DNA of 64,000 nt from Candidatus Omnitrophota bacterium. GTDB taxonomy: Bacteria; Omnitrophota; Gorgyraeia; Zapsychrales; Zapsychraceae. Of the stretch, positions 36,362 through 48,995 are shown in pieces (within the stretch, counting starts at the first letter, position 1; each line of letters begins with the position of its first letter). The notes below the pieces were generated by a model. It was not told the DNA's origin and did not search any database. It saw only the letters and a program-made list of their open reading frames with translations. The DNA lies in NCBI GenBank assembly GCA_020053475.1, contig JAGVNC010000028.1, positions 551-64,550 on the forward strand, given 5' to 3'. The position numbers and the translations under genes were made by a program.

Positions 36362-36496
36362 TTAAGCGACTCGCTTGCGGCCCTTGGCGCGTCTTCGGTT
36401 CAACGTTTTTCGTCCGCTTTTACTGCGCATCCTCTTACGAAAACCGTGTCGTCTTTTTCCCTTAATATTTGTTCGCGCTTTTAAATGCTTTTTCAT
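36362..36496 (-). CDS. rpmH: 50S ribosomal protein L34, 44 aa. It is below the ORF-track length cutoff.
   Basis: Minus-strand translation MKKHLKARTNIKGKRRHGFRKRMRSKSGRKTLNRRRAKGRKRVA matches the L34 family. Confidence 0.85.
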   Translation of the reverse strand: MKKHLKARTNIKGKRRHGFRKRMRSKSGRKTLNRRRAKGRKRVA

Positions 36497-36991
36497 AGTT
36501 GGACAATTATAACATAGAGCTTTAGGGAGTCAAGGTCTTTCCTTTTTTAGAGGCTCAAAACGTTTGTAAATACAAATAGTTACGGCAATTTTGGAATCAT
36601 CATCCTTCCGACGAGAATCATGGTTGAGTGCCCTTCGGCGCGTTTTGGAAGAAAGAATCTGTCCTTCAATCACTTGCCATCCCGGGGCCGAGGAAAAATT
36701 AATTTGAAATAAAAATTTTCTTTGTTATAATAAAACAACTTTCTGGGATGATCATTCTTTTGTCGCGTAAAATATTGCAAACTTTCCGGATCAATAGAAA
36801 TTTTGCTGTCAACCAAAACATTTTGTGCGCCCTTAAGCGATTGTGAGTCTAAAAAGTTTTGGGCATCGGTTTTGTTTTAGGGTAATTCAGGCTATTCACC
36901 CCTGTGGATAACCTGTGAAAATCTTTTTTAAAAGACTGCAAGGCTATATTTATCAAATATTTACGCTATTAGAATATTTGCATTGCTTTGA
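36497..36991. other. oriC: Candidate oriC region upstream of dnaA. It has a perfect DnaA box TGTGGATAA at 36904-36912, degenerate boxes, and AT-rich stretches around 36695-36745.
   Basis: Consensus 9-mer, the rpmH-dnaA intergenic position, and the flip of gene-strand bias exactly here. Confidence 0.6.
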
Positions 36992-38344
36992 TTGAATGAG
37001 TTCATTATGAGTTTATCCAACGTTTGGAAAAAAGCCCAAGACATGATCAAAGAGAAGGTAGGGACAACCTCTTATGATACATGGTTCTCGACGCTGCAAG
37101 TGAAGGAACAATCCCCGCAAACTCTGGTGATCGAAACCCCGGATGAATTTTTTAAAAGTTGGATTGTCGAACATTATCAACCCTTTATTGATGAAACCAT
37201 CCATTCTTTGCACGAAGGCCCTATTAAGATTGAATATACGGTGAACACCGATTTAATCGAAAAAACCACTCAATCCCGCTTATCGAAATTTGAGCAAACA
37301 TTCGTTGAAGACAAATCGCCGAAAGCGGTATTAAATGCCCGCTTTACGTTTGAAAATTTTGTCATTGGGCCGTCTAATCGATTTGCGTGCGCCGCAGGAT
37401 TAGCCGTCGCCGAGGCCCCGGCCAAAGCATATAACCCTTTCTTTGTGTATGGCCAAGTTGGGTTAGGGAAAACCCATCTGATTCAAGCAATTACCCATAA
37501 AATCCGCCAGCTTAACCCCAGCGCAAAAATTTGTTATATTACCTCGGAGCGGTTCACGAACGAGCTGATTGAGGCGATTCGCCATCAATCCACGCCGAAC
37601 TTTCGGAAAAAATATCGGGAAATTGACGTTTTGCTCATTGATGACATTCATTTTATTGCCGGCAAAGAATCGACCCAGGAAGAATTCTTCCACACGTTTA
37701 ACGCGTTGCATGATAATCGAAAACAAATCATTATTACATCCGATCGGCCGCCCAAAGAAATCACCAACTTAGAAGAACGGCTGCGTTCACGCTTTGCCTG
37801 GGGACTGATTGCCGATGTTCAGCCTCCGGACTTTGAAACGCGCGTGGCAATCTTGCGTAAAAAAATCGAAAAAGAACCCATCCATGTTCCCGACGACGTT
37901 ATTTATTTTATTGCCGAACAGGTGCCCACCAATATTCGTGAACTAGAGGGGGCGTTGATTCGTGTGGCCGCTTATTCATTGTTGGAAGACAAGGTGATTT
38001 CGCTGGAGATGACCAAAGTCGTTCTCAAAGACATGGTGAAGGAGGCCACGAAAATTATTAGTATGGAGATGATCCAAAAATCCGTAGCCAACCATTACCA
38101 GATTTCATTGGCTGAGTTACGCGCCAAACGTCGAAATAAGAACATTGTTTTCCCCCGGCAAATGGCAATGTATTTAGCGCGCCAATTAACGAAAATGTCG
38201 TTACCGGAGATTGGGAACTCTTTTGGCGGGAAAGATCACACAACGGTCTTACATGCCTGTAAAAAGATTGAGCAAGAAATGTTGAAAAGTACCGACATTA
38301 AACACACGATCCTTGAGTTAACTTTAGTTATTAAGAACCCTTAG
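36992..38344 (+). CDS. dnaA: Chromosomal replication initiator DnaA, 450 aa. It may instead start at the Met at 37007.
   Basis: AAA+ Walker A GQVGLGKTHL and the C-terminal DnaA-box-binding domain. Confidence 0.95.
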   Translation: MNEFIMSLSNVWKKAQDMIKEKVGTTSYDTWFSTLQVKEQSPQTLVIETPDEFFKSWIVEHYQPFIDETIHSLHEGPIKIEYTVNTDLIEKTTQSRLSKFEQTFVEDKSPKAVLNARFTFENFVIGPSNRFACAAGLAVAEAPAKAYNPFFVYGQVGLGKTHLIQAITHKIRQLNPSAKICYITSERFTNELIEAIRHQSTPNFRKKYREIDVLLIDDIHFIAGKESTQEEFFHTFNALHDNRKQIIITSDRPPKEITNLEERLRSRFAWGLIADVQPPDFETRVAILRKKIEKEPIHVPDDVIYFIAEQVPTNIRELEGALIRVAAYSLLEDKVISLEMTKVVLKDMVKEATKIISMEMIQKSVANHYQISLAELRAKRRNKNIVFPRQMAMYLARQLTKMSLPEIGNSFGGKDHTTVLHACKKIEQEMLKSTDIKHTILELTLVIKNP

Positions 38345-38494
38345 TCTAGATATCCAAAGGCATTGAACAATTAAAAAGGTTGTAAGTTATTAGAAAAAAA
38401 TATTTTATATTTTTATTAGATTTATCCACAGGCCCTATTACTAAGGCTACTAATTGTTCTTATTAAAATATATAAGTAGGAGGTTGTTAATAAT
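38345..38494. other. AT-rich dnaA-dnaN intergenic region with a perfect DnaA box TTATCCACA at 38422-38430, a candidate DNA-unwinding element and second origin module.
   Basis: Read directly. The 150-nt segment is very AT-rich. Confidence 0.5.
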
Positions 38495-39583
38495 ATGAAA
38501 ATTAAGTGTTCTAAGGATGTTTTAATGCAGGGAGTTCAGGCTGTCCAAAACGTTGTTTCGCCAAAAATTACATTACCTATTCTCTCTAATATTCTTTTAG
38601 AAACAAAAAAGAATACATTGTATTTAACGGCGACCGACTTAGATATTGGGATCTCTTGTGAAATTCCTGTGGAAGTAATTCTGGATGGGGCGATTACGGT
38701 TCCCGCCAAGCGATTTAGCGATATTATTAAGGAGCTGCCTTCCGGAGATGTGGTGGTCCATGCGAAGAAAAATTATCAGGTGGATATTGAAGGCAATAAT
38801 TTTCGATTTAAATTAATCGGGATGCCTAAAGACGAGTTTCCTAAATTCCCCGAGTTTAAAGAAAAAGACATTATTTCTATTGAGCAAAAAACATTAAAGG
38901 AAATGTTGCGGTTAACAAGTTTTGCCGTATCCCACGAGGAATCACGCTATGTCCTCAATGGTGTTCTTTTAGAGGTAGCGGAAAATAAAATCCGCCTCGT
39001 GGCGACCGATGGGAGACGGTTGGCTAAAATTGAAAGAGTCCTTTCTCATCCAACATCCAAAGAGATCACGGTCATCATCCCCATTAAAGCCATTCAGGAA
39101 ATCAATCGTAATTTGAAAGACGAAGGCAATGTGATATTAAGTGTGGGGCTAAATCAAGTGTTGTTTGATGTTGGAGGGATTCTGATTGCCACGCGCATTA
39201 TTGAAGGGGAATTCCCTAATTATCAACAAGTCATCCCAAAATCGCAAGCGGAGAAAATCGTCATGAACCGCCAGGATTTTTTGTCATCGATCCGCCGGGC
39301 GAACCTATTGTCCACGCCGGATTTCCAGGCGGTTAAATTCGAAGTATTTAATAATAAAATGGTGATTTCCAAAACAACACCCGAGGTCGGGGAGTCGCGA
39401 GAAGAGATCCCCATCGAATACGGAGGCTCAGAGCTGGTGGTGGGGTTTAATCCGCATTTTATGATCGATGTGTTAAAAAATATCGAAGAAGAGCAAATTC
39501 ATTTGGAGCTATTGGGGACCGATAAGCCGGGCATCATCCGCCTCAAAGATTATTTATATCTGGCCTTGCCGATGCGTATTTAA
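38495..39583 (+). CDS. dnaN: DNA polymerase III beta sliding clamp, 362 aa.
   Basis: Three-domain beta-clamp sequence with RBS AGGAGG. Confidence 0.9.
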   Translation: MKIKCSKDVLMQGVQAVQNVVSPKITLPILSNILLETKKNTLYLTATDLDIGISCEIPVEVILDGAITVPAKRFSDIIKELPSGDVVVHAKKNYQVDIEGNNFRFKLIGMPKDEFPKFPEFKEKDIISIEQKTLKEMLRLTSFAVSHEESRYVLNGVLLEVAENKIRLVATDGRRLAKIERVLSHPTSKEITVIIPIKAIQEINRNLKDEGNVILSVGLNQVLFDVGGILIATRIIEGEFPNYQQVIPKSQAEKIVMNRQDFLSSIRRANLLSTPDFQAVKFEVFNNKMVISKTTPEVGESREEIPIEYGGSELVVGFNPHFMIDVLKNIEEEQIHLELLGTDKPGIIRLKDYLYLALPMRI

Positions 39584-39602
39584 CCTCAAATGTTGCATTG
39601 CA

Positions 39603-42463
<2,861 letters not shown>

Positions 42464-42580
42464 TGAAGCCCAGAGTTATGGAACGAGCAAAGCGAGTGAA
42501 CATAACTCTGTTGGCTGAATTAACCCCCAGCGTTTTGATTCGCATAGCGAATCAGCAGGGGGTCACTTAATGAAATATCG

Positions 42581-45031
42581 ATGCGTGATTTAACAGCCAA
42601 AGAAAAAATCATTCCTGTTTATATCGAAGAAGAAATGAAGAATTCCTATCTTTCTTATTCGATGAGTGTTATCGTCGGCCGCGCCCTCCCGGATGTGCGT
42701 GACGGCGTTAAGCCCGTGCATCGGCGCATTTTATATGCCATGAAGGAGTTGAACCTCGAGTACCCTAAAACATATAAAAAATGCGCCCGTATCGTCGGGG
42801 AAGTGTTGGGGAAATATCACCCTCACGGGGATGTGGCCGTGTACGATACGCTCGTTCGTCTCGTTCAGGACTTTTCGATGCGCTATCCATTGGTCGACGG
42901 GCAAGGAAACTTCGGGTCGATCGATGGGGACGCCGCCGCGGCCATGCGCTATACAGAGGCCCGGTTAGCGGCCATTTCTAGTGAAATGCTCGCCGATATC
43001 GATAAGGAAACCGTCAATTTTGTCCCCAATTTTGATTCGACGTTAGAAGAACCGAGCATTTTGCCGGCTGTTTTACCTAACCTTCTGGTCAATGGATCCA
43101 GCGGGATTGCCGTCGGGATGGCGACCAACATGCCGCCGCATAATTTAGGCGAAGTGGCGGACGCGATCGTTCAGTCCATCGACAATCCGGAAATGACGAT
43201 TAAAGATTTAAACAAAATCATCAAAGGCCCTGACTTTCCCACGGGCGGGATCATCTGTGGAAAAGAAGGGATCGTCGAGGCGTATACGACAGGGCGCGGG
43301 AAATTGACGGTGCGCGCGAAGGCGGCCATCGAGCGGCAGAAGGGCAATAAAGACAGCATCATCGTCACGGAAATTCCTTATCAAGTCAATAAGGCGAACT
43401 TGATTGAAGCCATCGCCGGGCTGGTCCAAGAGAAGAAGGTCGAGGGGATCACGGACATTCGCGACGAGTCCGACAAAGATGGGATCCGCGTGGTGATTGA
43501 ACTTCGCCGGGATGTTGAGGCCCAGATCATCCTTAATTATTTATATAAACACACTCAGCTGGAAATGACATTCGGCATCATTAATTTAGCTTTAGTCAAT
43601 AACAGCCCCAAGATCCTGAATCTTAAGCAACTCATTGAGCTTTATATTGATCATCGCCGGCTGGTGATCCGTCGGCGGACACAGTTTGATTTGGACCGTG
43701 CCCTCAAACGCGCCCACATTTTAGAAGGCTTGCGCATCGCGATTGATCATATCAACCAAATTATCAAAACGATCCGGAGCTCCAAGAGCGCGCCGCAAGC
43801 CAAAGTCGCGTTAATGAAAGAATTTGGCCTTTCCGAAATCCAAGCGCAAGCGATTCTGGAAATGCAACTCCAGCGATTGACAGGGTTGGAACGCGACAAA
43901 ATCGAAGAAGAATATCAACAGCTCCTGAAAGACATTGAGGAATTCCGCGCGATTTTAGCTTCCGAGAAACGAATTGAAGGGATTATCAAAGATGAATTGA
44001 CGGAAATCAAGAAGAAATATGCCGACGAGCGCCGGACGGAAATTGCCGGAAAAGCCGAAGAGATTGAAGTCGAGGACTTGATCGCCGAAGAAGATATGGC
44101 CATCACCATCAGCAACGCCGGGTATATCAAGCGTTTGGCGGTGAGCGCGTATCGCAAGCAAAAGCGCGGCGGGAAAGGCATCACGGCGATGGAAACCCGT
44201 GAAGAAGATTTTGTCACGCAGGTGTTTGTGGCGTCTTCCAAAGATTATTTGCTTGTTTTTTCAACCGAGGGGATTGTTCGTTGGCTGAAGGTTTACGAAA
44301 TCCCCGTCGCGTCGCGCACGTCCAAAGGAAAAAATATCGCCAGCCTTTTATCGATGGCGAACGACGAGCAAATCAGTTCGATTGTCGCTGTTAAAGAATT
44401 TTCAGACAACACATATATCGTCATGGCAACCTCTCAGGGCCTCGCGAAGAAAACAAAATTGTCCGCATTCAGTAATCCCCGGAAAGCCGGGATCGTTGGG
44501 ATCACCTTGGAAAAGAATGACCGCCTCATCGGGACCGCTCTTAGTAATGGCAAATATGATGTCTTTTTAGCGACGAAGGCTGGTAAATCATTGCGTTTTT
44601 CCGAGAAGAATATTCGGGACATGGGCCGTGGGGCCAAAGGCGTGCGTGGGATCAAGTTAGGCAAAGGCGATGAGGTCGTTAGCATGCAGGCTTTTTCTCC
44701 GGATATTGATAAAACGGGGAGCACGTTATTAGCTGTTACTTCATTAGGGTTTGCCAAACGTTCATCATTTAATGAATATCGGACACAATCGCGCGGCGGC
44801 AAAGGGATCATCAATGTGAAGGTCACGGAACGCAACGGCCATGTCGTCGGAGTGCTTTCGGTTATGCCTGATGATGAAGTCATGACAGTCACCAAACAAG
44901 GAATGATCGTGCGCTGTCCTCCCAGTGATGTCCGTCAAACCGGACGAAGCGCTGTCGGCGTGCGCTTGATTTCCCTCGACAAAGGCGATACGGTAAGCTC
45001 GGTGGCCAATGTTGTGGCCAAAGACGAATAA
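42581..45031 (+). CDS. gyrA: DNA gyrase subunit A, 816 aa.
   Basis: Active-site region [10 protein letters not shown] and a C-terminal beta-pinwheel. Confidence 0.95.
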   Translation: MRDLTAKEKIIPVYIEEEMKNSYLSYSMSVIVGRALPDVRDGVKPVHRRILYAMKELNLEYPKTYKKCARIVGEVLGKYHPHGDVAVYDTLVRLVQDFSMRYPLVDGQGNFGSIDGDAAAAMRYTEARLAAISSEMLADIDKETVNFVPNFDSTLEEPSILPAVLPNLLVNGSSGIAVGMATNMPPHNLGEVADAIVQSIDNPEMTIKDLNKIIKGPDFPTGGIICGKEGIVEAYTTGRGKLTVRAKAAIERQKGNKDSIIVTEIPYQVNKANLIEAIAGLVQEKKVEGITDIRDESDKDGIRVVIELRRDVEAQIILNYLYKHTQLEMTFGIINLALVNNSPKILNLKQLIELYIDHRRLVIRRRTQFDLDRALKRAHILEGLRIAIDHINQIIKTIRSSKSAPQAKVALMKEFGLSEIQAQAILEMQLQRLTGLERDKIEEEYQQLLKDIEEFRAILASEKRIEGIIKDELTEIKKKYADERRTEIAGKAEEIEVEDLIAEEDMAITISNAGYIKRLAVSAYRKQKRGGKGITAMETREEDFVTQVFVASSKDYLLVFSTEGIVRWLKVYEIPVASRTSKGKNIASLLSMANDEQISSIVAVKEFSDNTYIVMATSQGLAKKTKLSAFSNPRKAGIVGITLEKNDRLIGTALSNGKYDVFLATKAGKSLRFSEKNIRDMGRGAKGVRGIKLGKGDEVVSMQAFSPDIDKTGSTLLAVTSLGFAKRSSFNEYRTQSRGGKGIINVKVTERNGHVVGVLSVMPDDEVMTVTKQGMIVRCPPSDVRQTGRSAVGVRLISLDKGDTVSSVANVVAKDE

Positions 45032-45128
45032 CCTTCGGCGCCCGCAGGAATTTTCTTGACCTCGCCCCAATCTTTACTATAATAAACCATCTTGAGGAGC
45101 GAAGCGACGAAGGATCGGCCTGCTTTGT

Positions 45129-45392
45129 ATGGATAATGAAATTTGGCATGTTTACATTATAGAATGCAAAGATAGCAAACTCTATGTTGGGATTGCTAAG
45201 GATGTTGAAAAAAGAGTTTTATTGCATAACAAAGGGATAGCCTGTAGATTCACAAAATATCGGCATCCCGTAAAATTATTGTATCAAGAGCAATGCTTAA
45301 ATCATGCACTGGCAGCGCAAAGAGAATCCGAAATCAAAGGTTTTTCCAAGAAGAAGAAATTGCAATTGATTAACAAAGATCCTTCGGCCTAA
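45129..45392 (+). CDS. GIY-YIG nuclease superfamily protein (UPF0213/YhbQ-like), 87 aa.
   Basis: WHVYIIECKDSKLYVGIAKDVEKRVLLHNKG is the GIY-YIG core. A promoter TTGACC-16-TATAAT sits at 45053-45080. Confidence 0.65.
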   Translation: MDNEIWHVYIIECKDSKLYVGIAKDVEKRVLLHNKGIACRFTKYRHPVKLLYQEQCLNHALAAQRESEIKGFSKKKKLQLINKDPSA

Positions 45393-45428
45393 AATGGCCT
45401 CAGGATCGAATTTTACTTCGTAAAATTC

Positions 45429-45505
45429 GACCCCATCGTCTAGCCTGGTCAGGACACAAGCTTTTCAAGCTTGCAGCGCGGGTTCAAATCCCGCTGGGGT
45501 CGCCA
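45429..45505 (+). tRNA. tRNA-Glu (anticodon UUC) with encoded CCA.
   Basis: GACCCCAUCGUCUAGCCUGGUCAGGACACAAGCUUUUCAAGCUUGCAGCGCGGGUUCAAAUCCCGCUGGGGUCGCCA, with anticodon loop UUUUCAA. Confidence 0.85.
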
Positions 45506-45735
45506 AGCTGTCCCATAGAGAGGACCTCCCTTCGGACAAGCTCAGGAGCCGATGAGGAGGTTCTTTTGTTTGATGTGGGCAGGGGCAGGCAATACTCGAT
45601 TTTTAATTTTGGACAGTCGATGTAGGTCCGTTTGATAAAATTGCGGATAAAACTTTTCCTCTCCGGTATGGTTCCTTTCATAAGAGTTGCCCGAAGATCG
45701 GCAATGTATGGTTTAAGGCAAGAATCCTCAAACAT
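45484..45735 (-). pseudogene. 83-aa ORF overlapping the tRNA-Glu 3' end. It may be a recombinase remnant or a spurious ORF.
   Basis: It reads into the tRNA, has no recognisable catalytic motifs, and is positioned where an island integrase 3' end would be. Confidence 0.2.
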
Positions 45736-45899
45736 TCACCCTCCGAACATCTTATTTATTGCTTGCATTCCTCATCGGGAATAGGACATTTTTAGTGTCC
45801 GGTTGTCCGATTGCGAAAGTTGGCATGGACATAGAAAAAGCTGTTGACTCGCTGGATAGAATGAATTAAGATGGAAAAAATGGAATATCAAGAAAATCA

Positions 45900-46367
45900 A
45901 TGGATACCGCCATCCAAATAAAAGAGGCTTTCTCTCTGGTTCCAAATTTTTGGTTTTGGATTGTTGTTGGCCTCTTTACAGTCCTTATTCGCATAATTTT
46001 AACTCTCTTTAAAGCATTGGCGATCAACAATGGTGAAGTCGATGAGCCGGACTTAAAGGATGGAATCAAATGGAAAAACGCGGGGCTTAAAAAAATTTTC
46101 CTGTATTCCTTCTTTAGCAATGCAAAAGACATAAAGATTGACGACTACTGGTTGCCCGCAATAATAGGATATTCCGAATTAGCAATCTTCCCTCTTTTTA
46201 TGGCAAAAGGCTGGTTCCCGGCAATAGGTGCATGGATCGCTATTAAAACGGCGAGCTCATGGGGCGGGTGGCAAAAAACTCGTACTGCGTATAATCGTTT
46301 TCTGCTGGGAAATATTTTGTCACTCAGCGCCTCTTTTGTTATTTACAGTTTTTTTATCAAGGCATAG
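45900..46367 (+). CDS. Integral membrane protein (DUF2975-like), 155 aa, paired with the downstream XRE regulator.
   Basis: Four predicted TM segments. A membrane protein followed by a small HTH_XRE gene is a recurrent pairing. Promoter TTGACT-17-TAAGAT at 45818-45846. Confidence 0.5.
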   Translation: MDTAIQIKEAFSLVPNFWFWIVVGLFTVLIRIILTLFKALAINNGEVDEPDLKDGIKWKNAGLKKIFLYSFFSNAKDIKIDDYWLPAIIGYSELAIFPLFMAKGWFPAIGAWIAIKTASSWGGWQKTRTAYNRFLLGNILSLSASFVIYSFFIKA

Positions 46368-46384
46368 CGCAAGGGGTAAATCCT

Positions 46385-46573
46385 ATGGATGAATTTCTTA
46401 AACAATTAGAGCATTACCGTCTTGAAAACAAAATCACGCAGGAGGCGCTTGCGAAGGAACTGGACGTTGCCTTCTCGACCATCAGCCGGTGGCTTAACGG
46501 CAAGGTCAAGCCGAACAAGATTCAGGCGTATCATATCGAGAAATTTTTAAAGAGAAGCCAGGAGGCGAAATGA
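46385..46573 (+). CDS. XRE-family helix-turn-helix transcriptional regulator, 62 aa.
   Basis: ITQEALAKELDVAFSTISRWLNGKVKP matches the HTH_XRE motif. Confidence 0.75.
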   Translation: MDEFLKQLEHYRLENKITQEALAKELDVAFSTISRWLNGKVKPNKIQAYHIEKFLKRSQEAK

Positions 46574-47538
46574 GAAAATTATTAACCACTTTATTGTTCT
46601 TGATCTTTTGTGTGGGATGCGCAACGACTAATCCATTTTATCAATTTTATCAGGATCAAACAGGGGGCGCAGACATAACCACCGTTCCAACCGTTGTTCT
46701 TCCTTCTGGAGAGCCCAAGATTTATTCTGGCAGTAATGTTGACGCAGATGTTCAAAAAATGTTGGAAGAAGGCTTTTGGCTTTTAGGATATTCATCATTT
46801 AATGCGGGAAATGTTAATGAGAGACAGTTAATAGCGAAAGCCAAAGATGTTAAGGCGGAGGTTGTAGTTTTTTATTCGCAATATACGAATACGATTTCTG
46901 GTAGCGTTCCGTTAACCTTGCCAGATAACAAAACCATAACCACGAATACTTCAGGATCGGCTTATGGGTCAGGCAATGTCTATGGTTATGGAGGGTCTGC
47001 ATATTATTCGGGATCGGGCTCCTATTATGGCAATTCCAATACGACCGTCTATGGAACAAAAACAACCTATATCCCATATTCGCAAAATCGCTATGATTAT
47101 CTTGCAACGTATTGGATTAAGATGAAAAAGCCTATTTTAGGTGTATATGCAAATGACCTGCCTTCGGAAATACGTGAAAAAATAGGAAGCAATAAGGGCG
47201 TAATAATATCCGCCGTGGTTAGAAAATCTCCGGCATTTATGGCAGATATATTAAGGGGAGACATTATAAGAAAGGTGAATGATTTAGAAATTACTGATGC
47301 CATAACGTTTCACGAATCGCTTCCACAATTTGCGGATCAGATGGTGTCGATAGAAATATTAAGAGATGGCAAGAGCATTATAAAAGAAGTTAAGCTGAAT
47401 AATGCCGAAATTGGTTCTCAGCAAAATCCTATTTATGAGACGCAAATGACGAGCGAAGATTTAAAAACGCAAAATGATATTATTGCACAGGCTTGTAGCG
47501 ACGGGAGAATATCATTGGATGACCCAGCTTGTAAGTGA
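46570..47538 (+). CDS. Lipoprotein with a G/S/Y-rich low-complexity region and a C-terminal PDZ domain, 322 aa.
   Basis: Lipobox LIFCVGC, the repeat SGSAYGSGNVYGYGGSAYYSGSGSYYG, and the PDZ-like segment GVIISAVVRKSPAFMADILRGDIIRKVN. Confidence 0.5.
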   Translation: MRKLLTTLLFLIFCVGCATTNPFYQFYQDQTGGADITTVPTVVLPSGEPKIYSGSNVDADVQKMLEEGFWLLGYSSFNAGNVNERQLIAKAKDVKAEVVVFYSQYTNTISGSVPLTLPDNKTITTNTSGSAYGSGNVYGYGGSAYYSGSGSYYGNSNTTVYGTKTTYIPYSQNRYDYLATYWIKMKKPILGVYANDLPSEIREKIGSNKGVIISAVVRKSPAFMADILRGDIIRKVNDLEITDAITFHESLPQFADQMVSIEILRDGKSIIKEVKLNNAEIGSQQNPIYETQMTSEDLKTQNDIIAQACSDGRISLDDPACK

Positions 47539-47624
47539 CCGTTCCCCGTCTCATTTTTCTTCAATTAGCCCTTCTCGCCCCTCAAATAATCGGGTATGAT
47601 ATACTTAAACCAAAGAGGCGTAAT

Positions 47625-48074
47625 AATATGCAAAAAGATTATGTTTTATACACAATCGGTTATGAAGGCCGAGGTATCGACGAATTTGTTGATCGCTTGA
47701 AGGAATTTAAAGTCACCCGCCTTATTGATGTCCGTGAAATTCCCCTTTCTCGAAAAAAAGGATTCTCGAAAACGGCTTTAGGACAAAGATTAAACGAAGA
47801 AAATATTGAGTATGTCCATTATAAGGCGTTGGGAAGTCCGTCGGAAATAAGGCATAAATTACGAGCGGATTTGGATTATGATTATTTTTTTAAGGCTTTT
47901 TCAGATTATCTTGCCAGCAAAACGGATGTGATCGAAGAAGTTTATAATCGTTTATCCGATGGTGTAAATTGTTTGATGTGTTTTGAATTTAACCATGAAC
48001 AATGTCATCGCTCTTGTGTGGCTACCAAAATTAAGGAATATAACGGAAGTTATGTTTCGGTAGAGCATATTTGA
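47625..48074 (+). CDS. DUF488-family protein, about 149 aa. Start MQKDYV with RBS AGAGG.
   Basis: YTIGYEGR...EIPLSRKKGFSK...HYKALGSP motifs resemble DUF488. Confidence 0.5.
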   Translation, partial: NMQKDYVLYTIGYEGRGIDEFVDRLKEFKVTRLIDVREIPLSRKKGFSKTALGQRLNEENIEYVHYKALGSPSEIRHKLRADLDYDYFFKAFSDYLASKTDVIEEVYNRLSDGVNCLMCFEFNHEQCHRSCVATKIKEYNGSYVSVEHI

Positions 48075-48083
48075 AAATGAATA

Positions 48084-48863
48084 ATGCAATTTCAAACCAA
48101 AAAAATCCTCGTCACAGTCAAAGCCTACCCGAATCCCAGCAGTAAACACGTTGAAACTGTTTGTTGTGCAGGCATTGATTTAAGTACGAATCAATGGATA
48201 CGGCTATATCCCATTCCTTACAGGTTGTTAGAGGACGAAAAACAGTTTAAGAAATATAGCACTATAGAAGTCGCTTGTTTTAAGGCGACGGACGATCATC
48301 GTCCCGAGAGCTATAAAGTGGATGCCGACAGTATCAAGGTATTCCCGGGAGTCATCGACACAAAAGACAAATGGAAAAGACGCAAAGATATTGTCATGCC
48401 GACACTGGCAGAATCTATGTGTCAGGTTTGCAAGCTGGGAGAGGAAAAAAAGAAAACTCTGGCACTGATAAAACCGCTGGATATTGATTTTGAATGGCAG
48501 GAAGCCAAGATTGAGGAAGCGCCGGAAGAAAAGCAGGACAGCTATAAACAGCTTTCATTTACTCATACTGAAATTGAGCGCATCGAGAAAATCCCGTATG
48601 ACTTCTATTACACCTTCAAGTGTACGGAAAATAATTGCCCGGGACACAGGATGCTGATTATTGACTGGGAGATAAATCAGGCTTTTCGTAAATGGCGTTA
48701 TAAATACAAGCCGGAAGCGCTATTGTTAGAGAAGATCAAAGAAAGATGGCTTCAGTTAATGTGTTACAATAACACCGATCCGTATTTCTTTGTTGGCAAT
48801 GTGCATCGTTTCCCGAAGATTTTTATGGTGCTCGGGACATTTTATCCGCCTAAGGACAAATAA
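48084..48863 (+). CDS. Cys-rich hypothetical protein, 259 aa, with paired Cys motifs CC, CxxC and CxxxxC. It forms an operon with the DUF488 gene.
   Basis: MQFQTKKILVTVKAYPNPSSKHVETVCCAGIDL...CQVCKLGEE...CTENNCPGHRMLIIDWEINQAFRKWRYKYK. No family was recognised. Confidence 0.5.
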   Translation: MQFQTKKILVTVKAYPNPSSKHVETVCCAGIDLSTNQWIRLYPIPYRLLEDEKQFKKYSTIEVACFKATDDHRPESYKVDADSIKVFPGVIDTKDKWKRRKDIVMPTLAESMCQVCKLGEEKKKTLALIKPLDIDFEWQEAKIEEAPEEKQDSYKQLSFTHTEIERIEKIPYDFYYTFKCTENNCPGHRMLIIDWEINQAFRKWRYKYKPEALLLEKIKERWLQLMCYNNTDPYFFVGNVHRFPKIFMVLGTFYPPKDK

Positions 48864-48995
48864 GTTGCGTCAATGTGTTTAAAACGGTATCATGGCCCTG
48901 ATTGTGAAGGTTCGTTGTACTATACAGCTGGGGTCGCTTTTTCTTCCCGCAATAATTTTATCCTCTTTTGGCAAGTTGTACTATAATACCCCATC

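Larger units (their letters stand above)
45493..48938. mobile_element. Integrated islet of about 3.4 kb at the 3' end of tRNA-Glu. It is bounded by an 11-nt direct repeat GCTGGGGTCGC (45493-45503 and 48928-48938), is more AT-rich than its flanks, and carries an XRE regulator, DUF488 and hypothetical cargo. No intact integrase was found.
   Basis: The att-like direct repeat of the tRNA 3' end, a partial extra match (GGTTC...GCTGGGGTCGC), a compositional shift and a non-housekeeping gene content. Confidence 0.5.

Noticed and set aside
36239-36484. Plus-strand 81-aa ORF overlapping yidD and rpmH.
   Set aside because: It is antisense to two conserved genes. The minus-strand translation yields a textbook L34.
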